Assembly: GCA_951406725.2 (NCBI GenBank)
Contig: OX597822.1
Location: forward strand, 108,066,001-108,130,000
From: Octopus vulgaris
Taxonomy: Eukaryota
Length of the DNA: 64,000 nucleotides
Reading direction: 5' to 3'
Position 1 is the stretch's first letter. Each line of letters starts with the position of its first letter. The notes below the pieces were generated by a model. It worked only from the letters and a program-made list of their open reading frames with translations, was not told the DNA's origin and ran no database searches. Shown in pieces: positions 39,780 through 58,416 of the stretch. Position numbers and translations under genes: made by a program.

Positions 39780-41460
<1,681 letters not shown>

Positions 41461-41699
41461 TATTTCTTTCCTCTATCAGCAACAGTGTCTTCGTATCTTT
41501 GTATCTTAGAAATTAGCTAGCTGCAATAATCTTTTTAATTTTCAATTTGTTAAATTTTTAATTTTCAATTTCTAATTCTTTATTTTTTATCTATTTAATT
41601 TATTTTGAATCCAATATATATTTCTTTAAGTCAGGCATCTACGTCTAACATTTTAGCCATCCTTATCACTGAACTAAGTTTGCATCATTTTCATGTCAG

Positions 41700-42056
41700 C
41701 AGGGCACAATCTTTTCACCTCACATCATTTGATTAAGGCTAACCTGTCTCAACGCATTTCCACCTACGAGTCTGTGCAGAAACGTAAAGAAATCGATCAT
41801 TTTTTGAAAGGAATTGTGACGAAAATGCATCAGCTAAACGATGTGAAGCGCAAACGAGGAGACGAAATTCACGACGCACCACCATAATTAATCGCGAACC
41901 AGGAACTCACCCGAAGTTTATGTTTTCAGTTTGGTGGCATTGGAAGGGTATTGGATCTAAACGAGCTTCTTCCCACGGAAGGGAGCATCTTTTATCATGA
42001 CATTACTAGACCGCACACTTCTTTACAGAGGCAACAAAGATTGTGGTAAATTGGTT
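41700..42056 (+). pseudogene. Mariner (DD34D-type) transposase remnant
   Basis: NLSQRISTYESVQKRKEIDHFLKGIVT, VKRKR, MFSVWWHWKGI, ELLP and IFYHDITRPHTSL. Confidence 0.82.
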
Positions 42057-42119
42057 ACGCATCCTACATTGACTTCGGTGGAATTTTTAATCAAAGCAAA
42101 AAGATTGCTAAAGACTGTG

Positions 42120-42602
42120 ATCTAACGCTGGCTGGAGCGTATTCCTACTGGTGGGCCATATGTGAGGTAGCAAGATTCAGCTCCTTGCGATACACCCAGA
42201 AAGAGCCAGAACTGGCTGTCGTAGAATTTTTATGATTTCACCAGCCCTAATTTCTAGTCTACTAATACGCCCGATTGTAATCCCAAAGATTATTATATGA
42301 GGGGCTTGGTTTTCAAAGGCACCAACCGCTCTGCGATCAACAGCAAGTCTGTGTTTATGACCAAGATTGATGAGACGTTCGAAGATAAAGGGAAGACAAA
42401 AGGAAGAACGCCTGCGCCAGGTTTCGGAGCCGTCTTGAGATCGGATGGAAGCCGGGGGCTGTTACTAAAACTAAACTATTTTCTCCCAGTCTTTATCTAG
42501 TTGATATTTTTTGATTTTTTAAATTCTTTTATTTTTGGATGGTATATTGTGATTTTCTTTTCCTTCTATTCAAACAGTCCAACCGAGCTCAAACACTGTG
42601 TA
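42120..42602 (+). mobile_element. Second maT/DD37D-like Tc1/mariner 3' remnant
   Basis: PYV..QDSAPC, SQNWLS.NFYDFTSPN, TPDCNPKDYY and NACARFRSRLE; ends cactgtgta. Confidence 0.8.
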
Positions 42603-43122
42603 TATATGTTCGTTTGAATGTGTATATTTAAAAAAAAACTTTTGTGAGTAAGTGTGACTTATTCTATCGAGCGCTATATATTCAAATTTATAATTGCAGA
42701 CATGATGCAAGTATTATAGTTTTGTGTACGAAATTATAAAAAAAAACGCGACATAATGTTTGTGAATATATTTCACTATTTTTTGTCGTCTATATAAACT
42801 TCCAGACGTGGAAAAGATATTATCTGGAATATCAACAAGGGAAGAATTTTGCTTATATGTTTCCGTGAATATATTACAATTTTGATTTACTGATACTTAG
42901 CCGTCAATGAACGACTCCAGTGCAAAATAATCTATTGTTACACTTGTGTTGTATTCCATACAATGCTTATGTATTCATAACTCTTATGGAAGCCACTGGA
43001 TATTCCATATATCATCTTTACTTCGGAATTCTATTGTGCTACATATGCAGGGGAAAGAGGAGGAAGGCTTTTACTCAGTTACATATTTTGTGATCAGCGC
43101 AAACATTCATATTATTTAGAAG

Positions 43123-43506
43123 TGGAGGCGCAATGGCCCAGTGGTTAGGGCAGCGGACTCGCGGTCATAGGATCGCGGTTTCGATTCCCAGACCGGGCGT
43201 TGTAAGTGTTTATTGAGCGAAAACACCTAAAGCTCCACGAGGCTCCGGCAGGGGATGGTGGTGATCCCTGCTGTACTCTTTCACCACAACTTTCTCTCAC
43301 TCTTACTTCCTGTTTCCGTTGTACCTGTATTTCAAAGGGCCGGCCTTGTCACTCCCTGTGTCACGCTGTATATCCCCGAGAACTACGTTAAGGGTGCACG
43401 TTCCTGTGGAGTGCTCAGCCACATACACGTTAATTTCACGAGCAGGCTGTTCCGTCGATTCGGATCAACCGGAACCCTCATCGTCGTAACCGACGGAGTG
43501 CTTCCA
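43123..43506 (+). mobile_element. tRNA-headed SINE family C, full length
   Basis: tggcccagtggttagg (A box) and ggtttcgattccc (B box); highly similar to 60118-60491. Confidence 0.92.
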
Positions 43507-45239
43507 CATTATTTAGCAAAATCTTTCTCCCCGAACCGCTATAACAAAACTAATAAAGAACCAAACTGAATTTTCAAAATATACATATATATGTAATTTC
43601 GATGTTAATCATTCGAAGTCTACCATTTACAAATATTATTATCTTCCACATACACAAAACTGAATGAAATTTATCGAGGGTGAAGTTGCGAATGAAAAAC
43701 AAAATCATTTCTTTGGGGGAAATATCTGTTTGGGAGTCATTTCTTTGGCGGATGAATGCCAATGAGATAATAATTCACGTGGCGGACCCAGAACAGCACT
43801 AATGCAAACAATAACGTGAACAACCCTTCGTATAACTTTTGGTGGATTCAAAAGCGAATATCTGACGTACAGTAGTTGAAAGAACGTGAGTTCTCGAAGT
43901 CCCCTTTATAGCAGCGATTCACATGCATTATGAAAACATGGCTGAAAGAAAGATGTCCTCTCATAACGAATGACAATAACGATCAAACATTCAAGCTGTA
44001 ATGTGTCAGAACGTACAAAAAAACAATGAAAGCTATATTATTGATTGAATTCCGGCTGTTCTATGTGAACCCCATCAGATATTACATCACAGTGGTGCAA
44101 GGGAAATTAAGTAATGCATAATGTATGAAATCATTTTTTAAATGCTTAACTCAATTTGGAGAATTCTCTACTCTCGGGTTTCTATTTTTGTTTGGTGTTT
44201 CCCGATTACATTAAAGTGATGCATTTGACAATCAGTTTGGCCGTTTGAGGATTGATCCATGTAAAATAAACTTGTGAATTTAGAGTACTTCGGTATTCTG
44301 AACTATTCGTTTGTAAATGTAATAGATTTTTGGATGGAGTTTAACTTGTAAACACAGTAAGAAATATATAATGCGCGATTAAATGAAACGGAGTGAAGTT
44401 CTTTAGTTCAAGCAATTAAAATCCATAACAATTATGATACATCTTGAAAAGAATAATATATTTAATATTAGTGGTTGCAGATCATCATCAATTGTGATTC
44501 TCAGTGGAGATTTTTCAGTGAGTTGCAGCATCACCTTACAAATATGATAGCAATAGTGACCGAGCATTCTGCATATATATATATATATATATAGTACAGT
44601 TAAGTTCGTAGAAGAGCAGTAAATGTGTAGGTCAAAATATGTCTCAGGGTTAAAATTTTGGTGTCAGTAATGCAATTTTAACACGAATATATGTTTGTGT
44701 TCTCCACAAGCGATCATCAACATTTGTAATTAGTTTGAGAATTTTAGTTGTGTTCTGTTCATGTTACGTAATTGTTTCCTGATGATAAATTGAGCTGTGT
44801 GTATTTTAATGATGTATATGACGCCGCTTCATTTCTATAGTTCCTTTGCAGTTCATATAACTTTTGTTAGTTTTGATACCCGCATCAGATCTAGGAACAT
44901 CAAGCAGCCGAGGACTTTTATAATGAATTATCAGGATATTGGTCCTTGTGAAATAGGGACGTGTACCTATATATCTATGCTTCGTTGATCATATATATAT
45001 ATATACTTCGTCAAAATATATATGTTGCGTATAATCAAATAATGACGAGGCAGAAGTACAAGGAATATTTAAGAGACATATTTTATATGTATTGACATAA
45101 TATACTGAGATGTATGCTAGTATTAGTAGTAGGTACACGAAATATTCGTTGGCATATCAAATATAATCTTGTGGGTGACTGCATATCAACCAACGTGAGC
45201 AAATTAAATTAAGCATTTCCTATATTATTAGTTTTGCTA

Positions 45240-45975
45240 CAAATATTTTAAAGACCAATGAAAGAAGAACGGAGTTCCGCCATCAATAATACAGTGGCCT
45301 GATCTATATTCTCTTCGATTAGATCACTTTATAGCCGACCTAGAAGCCATCATCACATTGTTTTATTTCCATCGCTATCTTCCATTACCTTAGATTATTC
45401 TCTTTGATGTAACGCTGCATAAATTCAACTTAGATTCTAATGAAGTTAATACTGCAAGCAGAAGCTGAATTTATGCTCGACTGTTCCTTACTTTAATCGA
45501 AATATTCGAGTGGTGTTTAAATACTGACCATGTTTCTATTGTATTTGTCGATAACATCATTTAATATAGAGTATTGGGCTTCTTGTAAGTCTTATTTTAA
45601 TTACATTAACCGACTCATTTTGTTATCAGCAATCTTCAACTTTAGATGATATGGAGTGACTATTCTAACGCTTCACTAAACTCAACACAATTTCCTTTAT
45701 TCATCCAGGTAGAGTTGATTGTTCCATTCACTATGGACCACTTTATGGGTCATCGAAGAATAAATTAGAACCTTGCTTTCTTTAATAATTCACAAGATCT
45801 AGATATGTGAAAGGTGACGAAAACCTCAAGTAGGACCCCGCTTGATAGATTCGTTGTGATTTAGATGCAGTTATGGCAACTGCCATGAGAAGCCGGATAA
45901 GATATGCGTAGTTTTGTAAGGAAGAAGCGAGAGGAGAAATAGATGGAATAATCCTGGACAAATCCACTACCGAGT
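45240..45975 (-). mobile_element. Very old CR1/L2-like RT remnant
   Basis: Minus-strand relics VDLS, SSGVL and NLFFDD at roughly the spacing of DFSKAFD / SGVPQG / LFADD. Confidence 0.4.
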
Positions 45976-46559
45976 AAAACCAAAAATGAAACAATATGAA
46001 TGGCCTCCCTCCTCCTCCTCTTTTTACAATTCTTTGTTGCTGCATAGGCAGAAACATAGCTGAAATCTTGTTGAATATATTATAATTGAATGTTCAAAAT
46101 CATGATGTCAAATAACTAATTTTACTTCGAATTTTCCATTTTTACAATGAATGTTTGTGTGAGGAGCAGCTAAAGTAAGCATGAATGCTACTGTTGTCAT
46201 CACCAATTTTGTTTTCATCAGTATACGCAAAATAAAGGTAACCATGAAACACTAACAGTTTGAAACCTCTCCTGAGGAGACTGGAATGTAATTTAATGCT
46301 AATCCGATAAGTATTGTGAATAAGCTACAAGTTATGACATGCGGAGTGTAAAACAGTAACACGTTGTGACGATGGAATGTTAAACATGTTAAACTAATCA
46401 AATATCTTACAAATACACACTTTCGTACTATGAAAACGAAACGAAAAACACATATTTCTTAAAAACCAATTTCAATGTTACCTCTTTTCTACATATCGAG
46501 CACTAAATTCAGGTTCAGAGAAAACATATCAGCAAAAAAAAAATAATAAAAAAAATAGC

Positions 46560-46606
<47 letters not shown>

Positions 46607-46639
46607 TAATAATAATAGTTGTAATAATAATACCAAAAA

Positions 46640-47350
46640 CTACCAAAAATTACCAAAAACATATAATGAAAAGAAATATAACAAGCAACTGCAGAATATG
46701 TGGAGATGGACAAGAAACAATAAATCATATTATCTCTGGCTGCCCAGTCCTGGTTAAGAAGGAATATATTCACAGACACGACAGAGTTGGAACCTACATA
46801 CATTGGAAGCTATGCCAACATTATGGAATAACAACAGAAAAAAGATGGTATAGGCACACACCAGAAAAGGTCACGGAAAACGAGAAAGCAACCATACTCT
46901 GGGATATGCCGATACACACAGATAGAGAAATTAAGGCCAACAGGCCAGATATAGTTGTCAGAGATCATGAAGAAAAAATGCTTTCTAATTGATGTATCAA
47001 TTCCAGCAGATGACAACATACTCTAAAAGAAATGGAGAAACTTTCAAAATACAAAAACCTGGAAATAGAGGTAACTCGAATGTGGAATCTAAAAACAGAA
47101 ACAATTCCTATCATAGTATGTACATTAGGCATGACAAAAAAATATTCAGACAAATACATAACAAAAACACCAGGACTTACATTCACATATAACATACAGA
47201 AAATAGCACTACTAGGCACTGCACACATCCCACGAAGAACACTTTCAATACAGTAACCATCAGAGCATCACAACAAACCACAGCACATATCCAAGGCACA
47301 CAATGCTGCGGTAGTGAAGTGAAAGCACGCTATAAAAATACAACTACTGA
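46640..47350 (+). mobile_element. 5'-truncated R4/Dong-like LINE (CCHC knuckle and restriction-like endonuclease) in (TAA)n
   Basis: CRICGDGQETINHIISGC, RHD, NRPDIVV, EKLSKYKNLEIEVTRMW and IQKIALLGTAHI; two frameshifts; (TAA)n on both sides. Confidence 0.92.
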
Positions 47351-47377
47351 ATAATAATAATGATGATGATGATGATG

Positions 47378-47427
<50 letters not shown>

Positions 47428-47428
47428 T

Positions 47429-47830
<402 letters not shown>

Positions 47831-49108
47831 ATAGCTCCGGCTAAATAACAGAACAGCGCCGGGCTAAGTAGCAACAGATACATACACTAAGAATCCCGCA
47901 CCACAAAAGAAGCTCGTCCCACATCGGTGCACTTGGCGATACAACTGTGGGAACAGTTCTGTTAAGGCAGAGGAACTAAAAATTCGGAAAGATTTGGTAA
48001 ATACACTGTAGTTTCTTTCTTAAATACGCAATTTCTCAATGTGACATACGCAGGAGGTCGAAACCAGCACCAGGTACCATGGAGAAAGACAACAAACACA
48101 CCAATTACAGAGTAAGAACGTACATTGAATAATCACCTATACATGCAACTGTCCCTGCATCCATGTGCACATGCTATTATTTCAGAGCACTATAAATAAT
48201 GCCTATACAACACACACGTACACATACAGAAAATAAAATTTAAAAAAACACATGTCACAAGCGACGCCGAACCAAACAAAAACAAAGCGACTTCCCACAT
48301 AGGAATGTGAAAAGAAGCAAATTAGTCATTCAGTTTAAAACATCACTAAACAGTTATGCCCGGAAACATACCTATCAAGAAAATTAAGGCGATCTTCGGT
48401 CTATCAGCCTACGATATGACAAATATATCCATTCAAAAAACAAAGAAGCGGTGTCGTGTCTAAAAGTCAACCCTGAACAAAGAAACCCGTCTCCTTTTGT
48501 GACTGTCAATGCTTAAATGACAACCCAAGACCAATGCCGGATCGGTAACCGCTCGGGACAAGGACCGCGCTACCCCAGTGGAGAACGAGACTGGGATCGA
48601 AATGTCTGCTGCTGGAACAAACTCTCAAAAGCAAACAATAACTAAAATGATCTACCAGATAGCTATTATTATTATTATTTTAAATTTTCATACGATATTT
48701 CCCTTTCAGTTATTTTTATGATACAAATCTTGAGGATCGAATACTGTGGAAAATATTTACACACACCTTTTGAAAAATTGATGAATAAAGCTTTTTCAAT
48801 GCTGGAATACTGATATATTGTTCAAAATACTTGTCGAGTTTTTTTTTTTGTGTGGCTGTTTCTCTTCACCACACCTCAAAAAGGACAAAATTTCCGTACG
48901 TGAATGCTTATGCATGCATTCATCTACGTGCGTTTGCATATATACGAGCGTGAGTCTGTTTCTATATAGGTTTATTGATGCATATATGTATATATGTGGC
49001 TGTATATAAATATATGAATTCTTCTTTTTTGTAATATATGTATTCGTGTGTAGAGTGTATGTCGTTTTGCATGATTTCATAACAACATGCAATGAATGTG
49101 TGTGTGTT

Positions 49109-49158
<50 letters not shown>

Positions 49159-49697
49159 TATAAATACATATATACTAAAATGCATATATAACTCAATATA
49201 TATAAAACAATATTATATATGTACTTGTGTATCATATATATATACATATATATTATTACCATTTCAGATATGAGTATTTTAAAAAATTACCATATCCTCA
49301 TTAAAACAAGCCTCGTAAAATCTTATTTTATGCAAGGGTATTATGACTTTTATGATTTGGAATATATTGGAAAATCTAAATTACGGTATTAAACACCAAC
49401 CGTTTGTATTCGTACGTTGAACTATGTTGTAAGCTAAATTTATAAAATTGCACGAGATAATAGGTGTGTTTGAAAAGTTCCTACTCCTATAAGAAACGAG
49501 GTATATTTTCAATATCAGATATATATTATAGATAATATTTATTAAAATAAATCTTTAATGATATGATGTAACCGATATAAATATCCAAAGCATTAAGTTG
49601 GAATTGATGTAGCTTAATATTAACAAATATTATCTTATTTGGAACACGAAATCTAGTAAACAAATTGGTTCTGATGGAGAATACATATCATTTAGAG

Positions 49698-50032
49698 CAG
49701 GAGTTCTCAACCTTTTTTTGCCTATGGATCCTTTCATTACTATTTTATTGTAGGGGACCCCGTATAATCATTCAATGATTAAAAACTCGTTTTATAGAAA
49801 TCTCTTTCAAATTTTCTATTCTCTTATTCACACATAAAATTCCGTATGTTGAAACTATGTCTGTGTTAGTTGTTTCTTGCAATACATACCAATACATACA
49901 TCTAAAGCAAACTTTTTCACCGGCTCTTAATATACTATTGTAGATCCCCGATTTACAATTTTGTAGCGTGAACCTCTCCAAAACCTTATATGGGCCCTGA
50001 GAGGTAATATTGACCCCGGTTGAGAACCACTG
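49698..50032. mobile_element. hAT-Charlie-type MITE
   Basis: TIRs caggagttctcaacc / ggttgagaaccactg; 8-bp target duplication atttagag / atttaggg. Confidence 0.88.
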
Positions 50033-50387
50033 ATTTAGGGACACTTCACATTTTGTCTGGCACTGATATACAGTGTATGTGCTAGCTCGCCTTACATATG
50101 TTAAAGTGAGTTAAAGTTCTTACTCGCAATAAAATATTCTATTCCTTCATGAGGATTAGAAAAATTTCGCATGAGTGGGTTTTAGATTGTAGGTCAAAAC
50201 ACTAACAGAATTCGGCGTCACGGTTGATAATATTCGTTTGTACGAACGATAAATATGTATTCAATAAAAAGTTTAGATTGATCCGACAGATTAGAGCACG
50301 CCTAATGTATATATATATATACACAATTTGGGTCCGTATAGCTTTCTCATAGAGGTCATCTATATATATGTATATAAGAATATACAT

Positions 50388-50980
<593 letters not shown>

Positions 50981-51772
50981 AATACATATGCACGAATGAG
51001 AGAAAAAGTACTGGGAGTACATACAGTGGTACATTCATATAGTATTTATGGTAAAATCGCATGTCGTTTATTCAAGATCCATGTATTTCATAATCAATCT
51101 TTACAAACTCAGATATATTTCATGTAGGAAACAGGAAATAAATTACCTATTAAACAACATTAAAATCATCACGTGATCTTAAGTACTAAAATATTAATTA
51201 CAACATTGTAATTCATAAATAAATGAATATGCATAGCTGTAATATACACACGCACATTCCGTACACTCAAATATATAAGCTTATACAGATATATTGTTAT
51301 TTTATATGTACGTGTGTGCGCACGAACGGGTCTGTGTACATGTATATATATATATATATATAAATACACTCACACAAAGAAACTATTATATATATATATA
51401 TATGTGCGAATGTAAATATATCAGTAAGTATTATTATCTGCTTAACGTAAGTTTACATGCATTTGTATATTACTATATCATGCACCGATTTGTTTTCAAT
51501 ATTCTGAAATAAATTAGAACTGAACTATGATTAAGCTGGAATTTTGAAACTTCTTAAACTATAAATTTTCCTTCTAACTAACATGAAATTTTGAAATCCA
51601 ATTCAATTTCAGGAAAATTCTCTCATAAATAGGGAAGCAGGCTTTTGAATTGCTGATGCAGTTCCTCATCTATAAATAAATGAACGTTTCACTTTCTGAC
51701 TCTCTCTTTTTCTCCTTCTCTCTCTCTCTCTCTCTCTCTCTGCACACACACACATATATATATATTGTTATA

Positions 51773-51859
<87 letters not shown>

Positions 51860-52381
51860 GTATATATCTACACACACATACACACACATATATATATTTT
51901 GATATCGAACGATGAAATGAATGCTCAACTTCGCATTGGTGAATATGTAATTTATTTGTGAATTAAAACTACCTTTCATTTCATGTTAACAAAAGTGGGA
52001 AATTATCCTAGTTTCTTAACAACTTTTCAAGCTGATCGCATCGAGAAATGTGTTCGCCTCCATTTTATAAAACAGTCTTACTTCGTCCACGGCAGTTATC
52101 GTAACTTCGTTTAGTTAAAACAATGAATGAATGAATCGAAGGACGTTACTCTTGAGTGGAATCTTTTGGATGTTTTCCCCCTTGGATTTGTGTTTTGGGT
52201 ATTTATTTGTGGTTAAATTATTATCATTATTTTGAATTTTTTTTTTTTGCGGGGGGACATGGTGTTCTTGCACTTGTATGTTTAGATATTTCATCATTAG
52301 CGCTTACTTCTTTGTGTGAAGTTTGTGTACTATGTGTGCTTACGTTTAGGAAAGGGGGTATGCTGGTGGGGTTGCCCTAGT

Positions 52382-53470
52382 CTATAGGGGTTCTTCTTTG
52401 AAATATTTGAGAGTAAAATGTTGCTTGTGCATGCAGGGAGAGAAGCTTTCATCTCTAATGTTTAAGATAATAACTGTTGATTGTATAATGTTTAATTTTT
52501 CAGTAATGCAGAGTTTACATTTGGTACCCCGACTTGTGTATTCTGTGACGTTAGCAATAATTTTCCATTCTATCTGAAATTTGCGTAGTCTACCTTCATT
52601 TAATTTCCATATAATATTTGATAGAGATGTCGCATGCTTTTTCTTTTGCTTTTGTCTTTGACTGACGCAAGATGTTATGTATACATTTCCTTGACCAAGT
52701 TGCCCGTCATTCTGATATATGTCTTTGCTGTTCCGTTCGAGTCTATGATCTTGGCCCTTCTCGAGACTCTTGTTGTTTAGAGTTCTGCGGTTGCATTGTA
52801 TTTCCGGGTTGTTTTCGGTGTGTTTATGCTTATTGTGGTTGAGTATTATTGATCCTGTATTGGGAGGCAACTATAGCTATCTATAGCAGTATTTCTGTTG
52901 AAGTTCTTGTGGTATGGATGTGAATGTGGAAAGTGGTTGTCTATTAGTTTTAATAATTACTTAGCTACATTCATGCTATAATGTGGATTGAACCATAAGA
53001 TTTTCCTCTGTCTACCTTTTCTTGCTCAATTTATATTTGGTTCAATGTAGTCTATGCTCTTCTAGAAGTTGGACCTTTCTAATGCAGCATTATAATATGG
53101 GGCGGCTATTCAAACGTGTCTTTGTTGACAGATAGATTGGAGACAGGCTTGCTAATGTTGTTAACCATTTGTTTACTTACTGCTTGTAGGTGTTTGGAAC
53201 ATATTTCTATGTATAAGAACTTCTTTTGTTTATGGTAGGGTTTAAGTTTTCCTGTGTCAAGATTCATGTTATGGTCTAGAAAATTAACTTCTTTACGGTT
53301 TGTACTAATTGTGGATGTAAATATTTTACATAATTCATTCCATATACTATCCATATCATGGAGGCGGCGAATATTGTATATCATGTCGGGGAACGCCTTT
53401 CTCATATGATAGGCTTGAAAAATTGCTAAACCACTTAGATACTTTCCCAATTTCGTTAACATGAATACAA
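52382..53470 (-). mobile_element. Decayed Penelope-like element, same type as the 20440 and 39780 elements
   Basis: [39 protein letters not shown] and ATSLSNIIWKL...IEWKII...KCKLCITEKL...PCMH. Confidence 0.88.
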
Positions 53471-53478
53471 TGGTAGCC

Positions 53479-53518
<40 letters not shown>

Positions 53519-53594
53519 GTATGTATGTATATATATGTGTATGTGTGTTTGTGTGTGTATATATACATATATACTTATATACTTAGATACTTAC

Positions 53595-54043
53595 CGTGTG
53601 GTAAGAAATTTGCTTCCCTACCATATCGTTCCCAGTTCTGTCCCCCTGCGTGACACCTATATATACGTTAATGTGTTTGCTTTTCTGTTGTGTCAGTCCA
53701 CTCATCACCGTTCGACAACCATTGGTGTGGTGTTTACGCCCTCGTATGTTGGCGAATCGCCAGAAGTGATCGACGGAACGAATACCAGACTTAAGAAATA
53801 AGTTGTGAGCTCGACTTGTTCCAGTAAAAGACCCTTCAGGCGGTGCTCCAGCATGGACATATATGCTGCATAGAATTGTTTGGAATTATCACTTGTTTTC
53901 GTACCCACCATTGCACCTGGACCCTTGCGCCCAATATATCTGAACGGTCCTGAAAAATCATATGCTATAACCCCCAATATGTCTTCCCATGCTATAACAC
54001 TGTTTTGAAGAGTCATTTAATCCAACAAATCGACGCTACGACT

Positions 54044-54097
<54 letters not shown>

Positions 54098-54288
54098 CAC
54101 GCGTGTGTGTCTGTGTGTGTGAGTGTGTGTGTGTCTCTGTGTGTGTCCGTAACTTAGTGGTTCGGAAAAACAGACCGAACAGTACGTTTTAACAAAAATA
54201 AGTCCTGTAGTTGATTCATTCAACTAAAACATTTCAAGGTAGTACTCTAGCTTCGCGGCAGTGAGATGAACGAAACAAGTAAAAGAAT

Positions 54289-54290
<2 letters not shown>
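53595..54290 (+). mobile_element. Decayed SINE family A fragments (53595-53856 and 54140-54290)
   Basis: gtgtggtaag...; ggcggtgctccagcatgg; cgtaacttagtggttcgg...gaaacaagtaaaaga. Confidence 0.7.
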
Positions 54291-54378
<88 letters not shown>

Positions 54379-55575
54379 CCGGCAATTGTATTTATTTTAT
54401 ACTGGACTAGAAAACTCTTTTGAGTTTTTATTTCCTACATAGAGAATTAGACTCATTACAATATCGAATTGAAATGTTTGGGGATGAAAACATTATCATT
54501 TCGTAGCAGGATGTTTTGCAAATATTAGTGACTAAACCAGACAATTTCAATGTATAAATCTAAGAAATAGCACGAGTGCAATGCTATACAACGTCATTAT
54601 ACTTCGAGAATAATAGAAAGGTACAGTTAAGTTATTCTTACTGTTACAAAGCTTCAAGATTATAGGATTTTTAACTATTAACCAGTACAAAATAATCCCG
54701 TTTTTACTTCATTATTTCTGAGTTTTAGGGCTCCTTCGAGTTAAATAATTGCTCTGTTTATTACGTAAACTTTGAAGATTGATGTTAAGTTTAAATCACG
54801 ATTACTTATTGTGAATGTGTTATCATTAATGGTTCTGCATCTCCATTTCTGCGTACACTACAGTTTACTGTTGTACAAAAATATTTCATAATACCAATTG
54901 AAATATTCAATTTGAATATCTAATCATTATCAAATCATGGCACGAATGAAACTACATTTCGTCAGTAATTATGTTTTAATGGTTCTGCGAATGATTTTTT
55001 TTCAAAATAATATTAATAATTATTGTATCGTGTTTTCTTTTAAATATTTAAGAGAGCTTTTAATAGTACTGAATTCTGTTTAAGTCGTCTGTAACGTATA
55101 ATTTAGTTAAATAAAATATCTTGAATACAACACATCAATTTTAAATGTATATTCTAATTTAAATAAGGATATTTGTCTCAGTCGATGTCCGAATTTCTTT
55201 GTCACGCTATGATTAATCACTTTATTTTTGTATCGGAATCAGGCTGATGGATATTTTTTGTTTGAAGTTTAGTAGATCCGGTTACATAGAAGTCATATAG
55301 TGAATTTTTCGAAATGCAATGGTAAGGGGTTATATGAGAGTGGAATATAAAATTATGTTTAGACCAGTTTTGATGCTTGCATGCTTTGGTTTCCGTAGCA
55401 GTTGACTATTCGGATAAAATATTAAAATAATATTTTTTTCCCAATACGGATCTAGTTTATTAAATTTCCTTGAGCGGAAATCTTTCCACGTGATGCCATC
55501 ATATTTTAACATTTGTCATCCATTGAAAGATGTCTACAAATGGCTTAAGGTCAGGTATAATCATTCGTAGTTTGC

Positions 55576-55935
<360 letters not shown>

Positions 55936-55946
55936 ATATATATACT

Positions 55947-55997
<51 letters not shown>

Positions 55998-56437
55998 ATA
56001 GTAATTCTTAGGCATATGAGCATATATTCAAACACATATCTGCTTCCGTGTATCATTTGCAAAGTGAAACACAAATGGCTAAAACACCGCCAAATGAAAT
56101 TTAATGATAAATGCAGAATCGTTTTGTTGCCTCTGTTAGCATATTTGAAGGGAAGCATCGGGAACTACCAAACACTTACATAAATAAATTACAGTTAACC
56201 AATATAGATGCGAAAATAAAAGAATAAAATATATCAACTAGTAATTCCATTTCTTGTGTTCATTAATTGCTACTGTGTCCGTTAATAGTACGCTAACCAA
56301 CTCAACTTATTGCAAATCTATCGTAACCGATATAGTTTTAATCTATGTTGTAGCGTGACAATGTATACACTGTAGTCAAAAATATTTACAGATACTTCTA
56401 AATCTAAATAACATATTATCATATTAAAGGGTGCATG

Positions 56438-56640
56438 AAGGCAGTGAACTGACAGAATCGTTAGCACGCCAGGCAAAATCCTTAGCATTTCATCCTTCTC
56501 TTCACGTACTGAGTTAAAATTCCGACGAGGTCGACTTTCATTTCATTGTTTCGGGGTCGATAAAATAAGTACCATTTGAGTTCTGGTATCGTTGTAATCG
56601 ATGTGTCCCCACTCCTTATGCCAAAACTTGAAATCAATAT
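56438..56640 (+). mobile_element. SINE family B (decayed)
   Basis: ggcagtgaactgacagaatcgttagcacgcc...ggggtcgataaaataagtacc. Confidence 0.85.
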
Positions 56641-56795
56641 TATGAGATGTATGTTTTTCTTATATGTACATTTTAAAAGGCCTTTTTAGTCTCATGTAAT
56701 ACGGCAACAATTAACTTGCGAGGTTGGACAAGAAGTAGTTGCCGTGTATTTCTATAGAAAAAATATAGTTTTGTTTCTAGTTTAAACATTACCAA

Positions 56796-57025
56796 TTTCT
56801 TTACTACCCACAAGGAGCTATACAAAGAGAGGACAAACAAGGACAGACAAACGGATTAAATCAATTATATCGACTCCAGTGCGTAACTGGTACTTACTTA
56901 ATCGATCCTGAAAGGACGAAAGGCAAAGTCGACCTCGGCGGAATTTGAACTCAGAACGTAACGGCAGACGAAATACCGCTAAGCATTTCGCCCTGTGTGC
57001 TAGCGATTCTGCCACCTCACCGCCT
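56796..57025 (-). mobile_element. SINE family B, full length
   Basis: Reverse complement of 35758-35990. Confidence 0.92.
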
Positions 57026-57853
57026 TGTTTAAACATTACCATAAGCAAAACTCTCAGACCTTTATATTATTAGTATCGTACTCCCCACCAATTGCCTTTG
57101 TTCTGTAGTTATGGGTTGATAGTAATTCTATTTTGAAGTTATTCCTTCCTGGTTGATATTCTCTATAATACCAAAGCAACCCCTTCTGTGAGAGGAAAGA
57201 TAGATAAGCGAATTATAACCAGACGCCAAGTCTACTGGCCAATCATGAACACCAAGCGACGACAAGCAGAAATGATCAATATAGAAGGGAGAAAATTATA
57301 TCTATAACTTGGGAACCTAGATACAACGAGCAACAGCCATTCACTAACCCAGGAAAGAAGAAGGTTTATACGTGATTCGTGAAACTGATGACAAAGGCAT
57401 TAACATAGAATTGAAACATCATTGAAAAGATTTCTCGCGTTTCGTTTACTTCACAAAATGTGTAATTGAAACATACGTTTAATATATTTTGGCAATGAAG
57501 CTGGAGGTTTGTGTTTAGATAAAGAATCGATATAACATCGATTTTAATTTTATGACAAAATCAAGGCAAGCAAAAAATATAAATATGTATATGAAAAAAT
57601 GATAGTGAGGTTTGCAAGTTTTACTGCAGTCAATACGACAATATTGTATTACATTTGTATCGCAGCAGAGTCATTAAATCTCTAATTGAATGTGAACGAA
57701 AATGTTGGTGATAAGTTACATATTTAAGTGATAGAAATTATAGCCTGTCTCAGCAAAGCTGTGAATGAAATTAGAACCCTAATGGATGTGATACTGTTTT
57801 GAGACTCTAGATTACGAATTGAATATTTTCAAAATTACTACTTGAACAAAGGA

Positions 57854-57968
<115 letters not shown>

Positions 57969-58066
57969 AATGTGTGTGTATGTATATATATATATATATA
58001 TATGTTTGTATGTATGTGTGTATATATATATATATATATATGAGTGTGTGTGTGTGAATGTGTGTG

Positions 58067-58110
<44 letters not shown>

Positions 58111-58150
58111 TGCATAAGTGTATATAATATGTATGCTTAGACAGAGATAC

Positions 58151-58182
<32 letters not shown>

Positions 58183-58381
58183 TTGTGTATGAGTATATGC
58201 GTGTGTATATGTGTGTGTTGCTTATTATTTGTATTAGGAATAATTAATTTTACTACATTAAGCAGAAACGATGATTTCTAATACAGCTTTTGGAATATTA
58301 TTAGGGAAATGTGCAGTAATAATCTTAGTCCATTACGAGAGGGCGTTTGTGCAGAGCAACATACACCATAAAAGAATAAGG

Positions 58382-58416
<35 letters not shown>

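Noticed and set aside
43123-43200. tRNA-like sequence
   Set aside because: It is the head of a repeated SINE (copies at 5833 and 60118) with no proper acceptor stem or terminator
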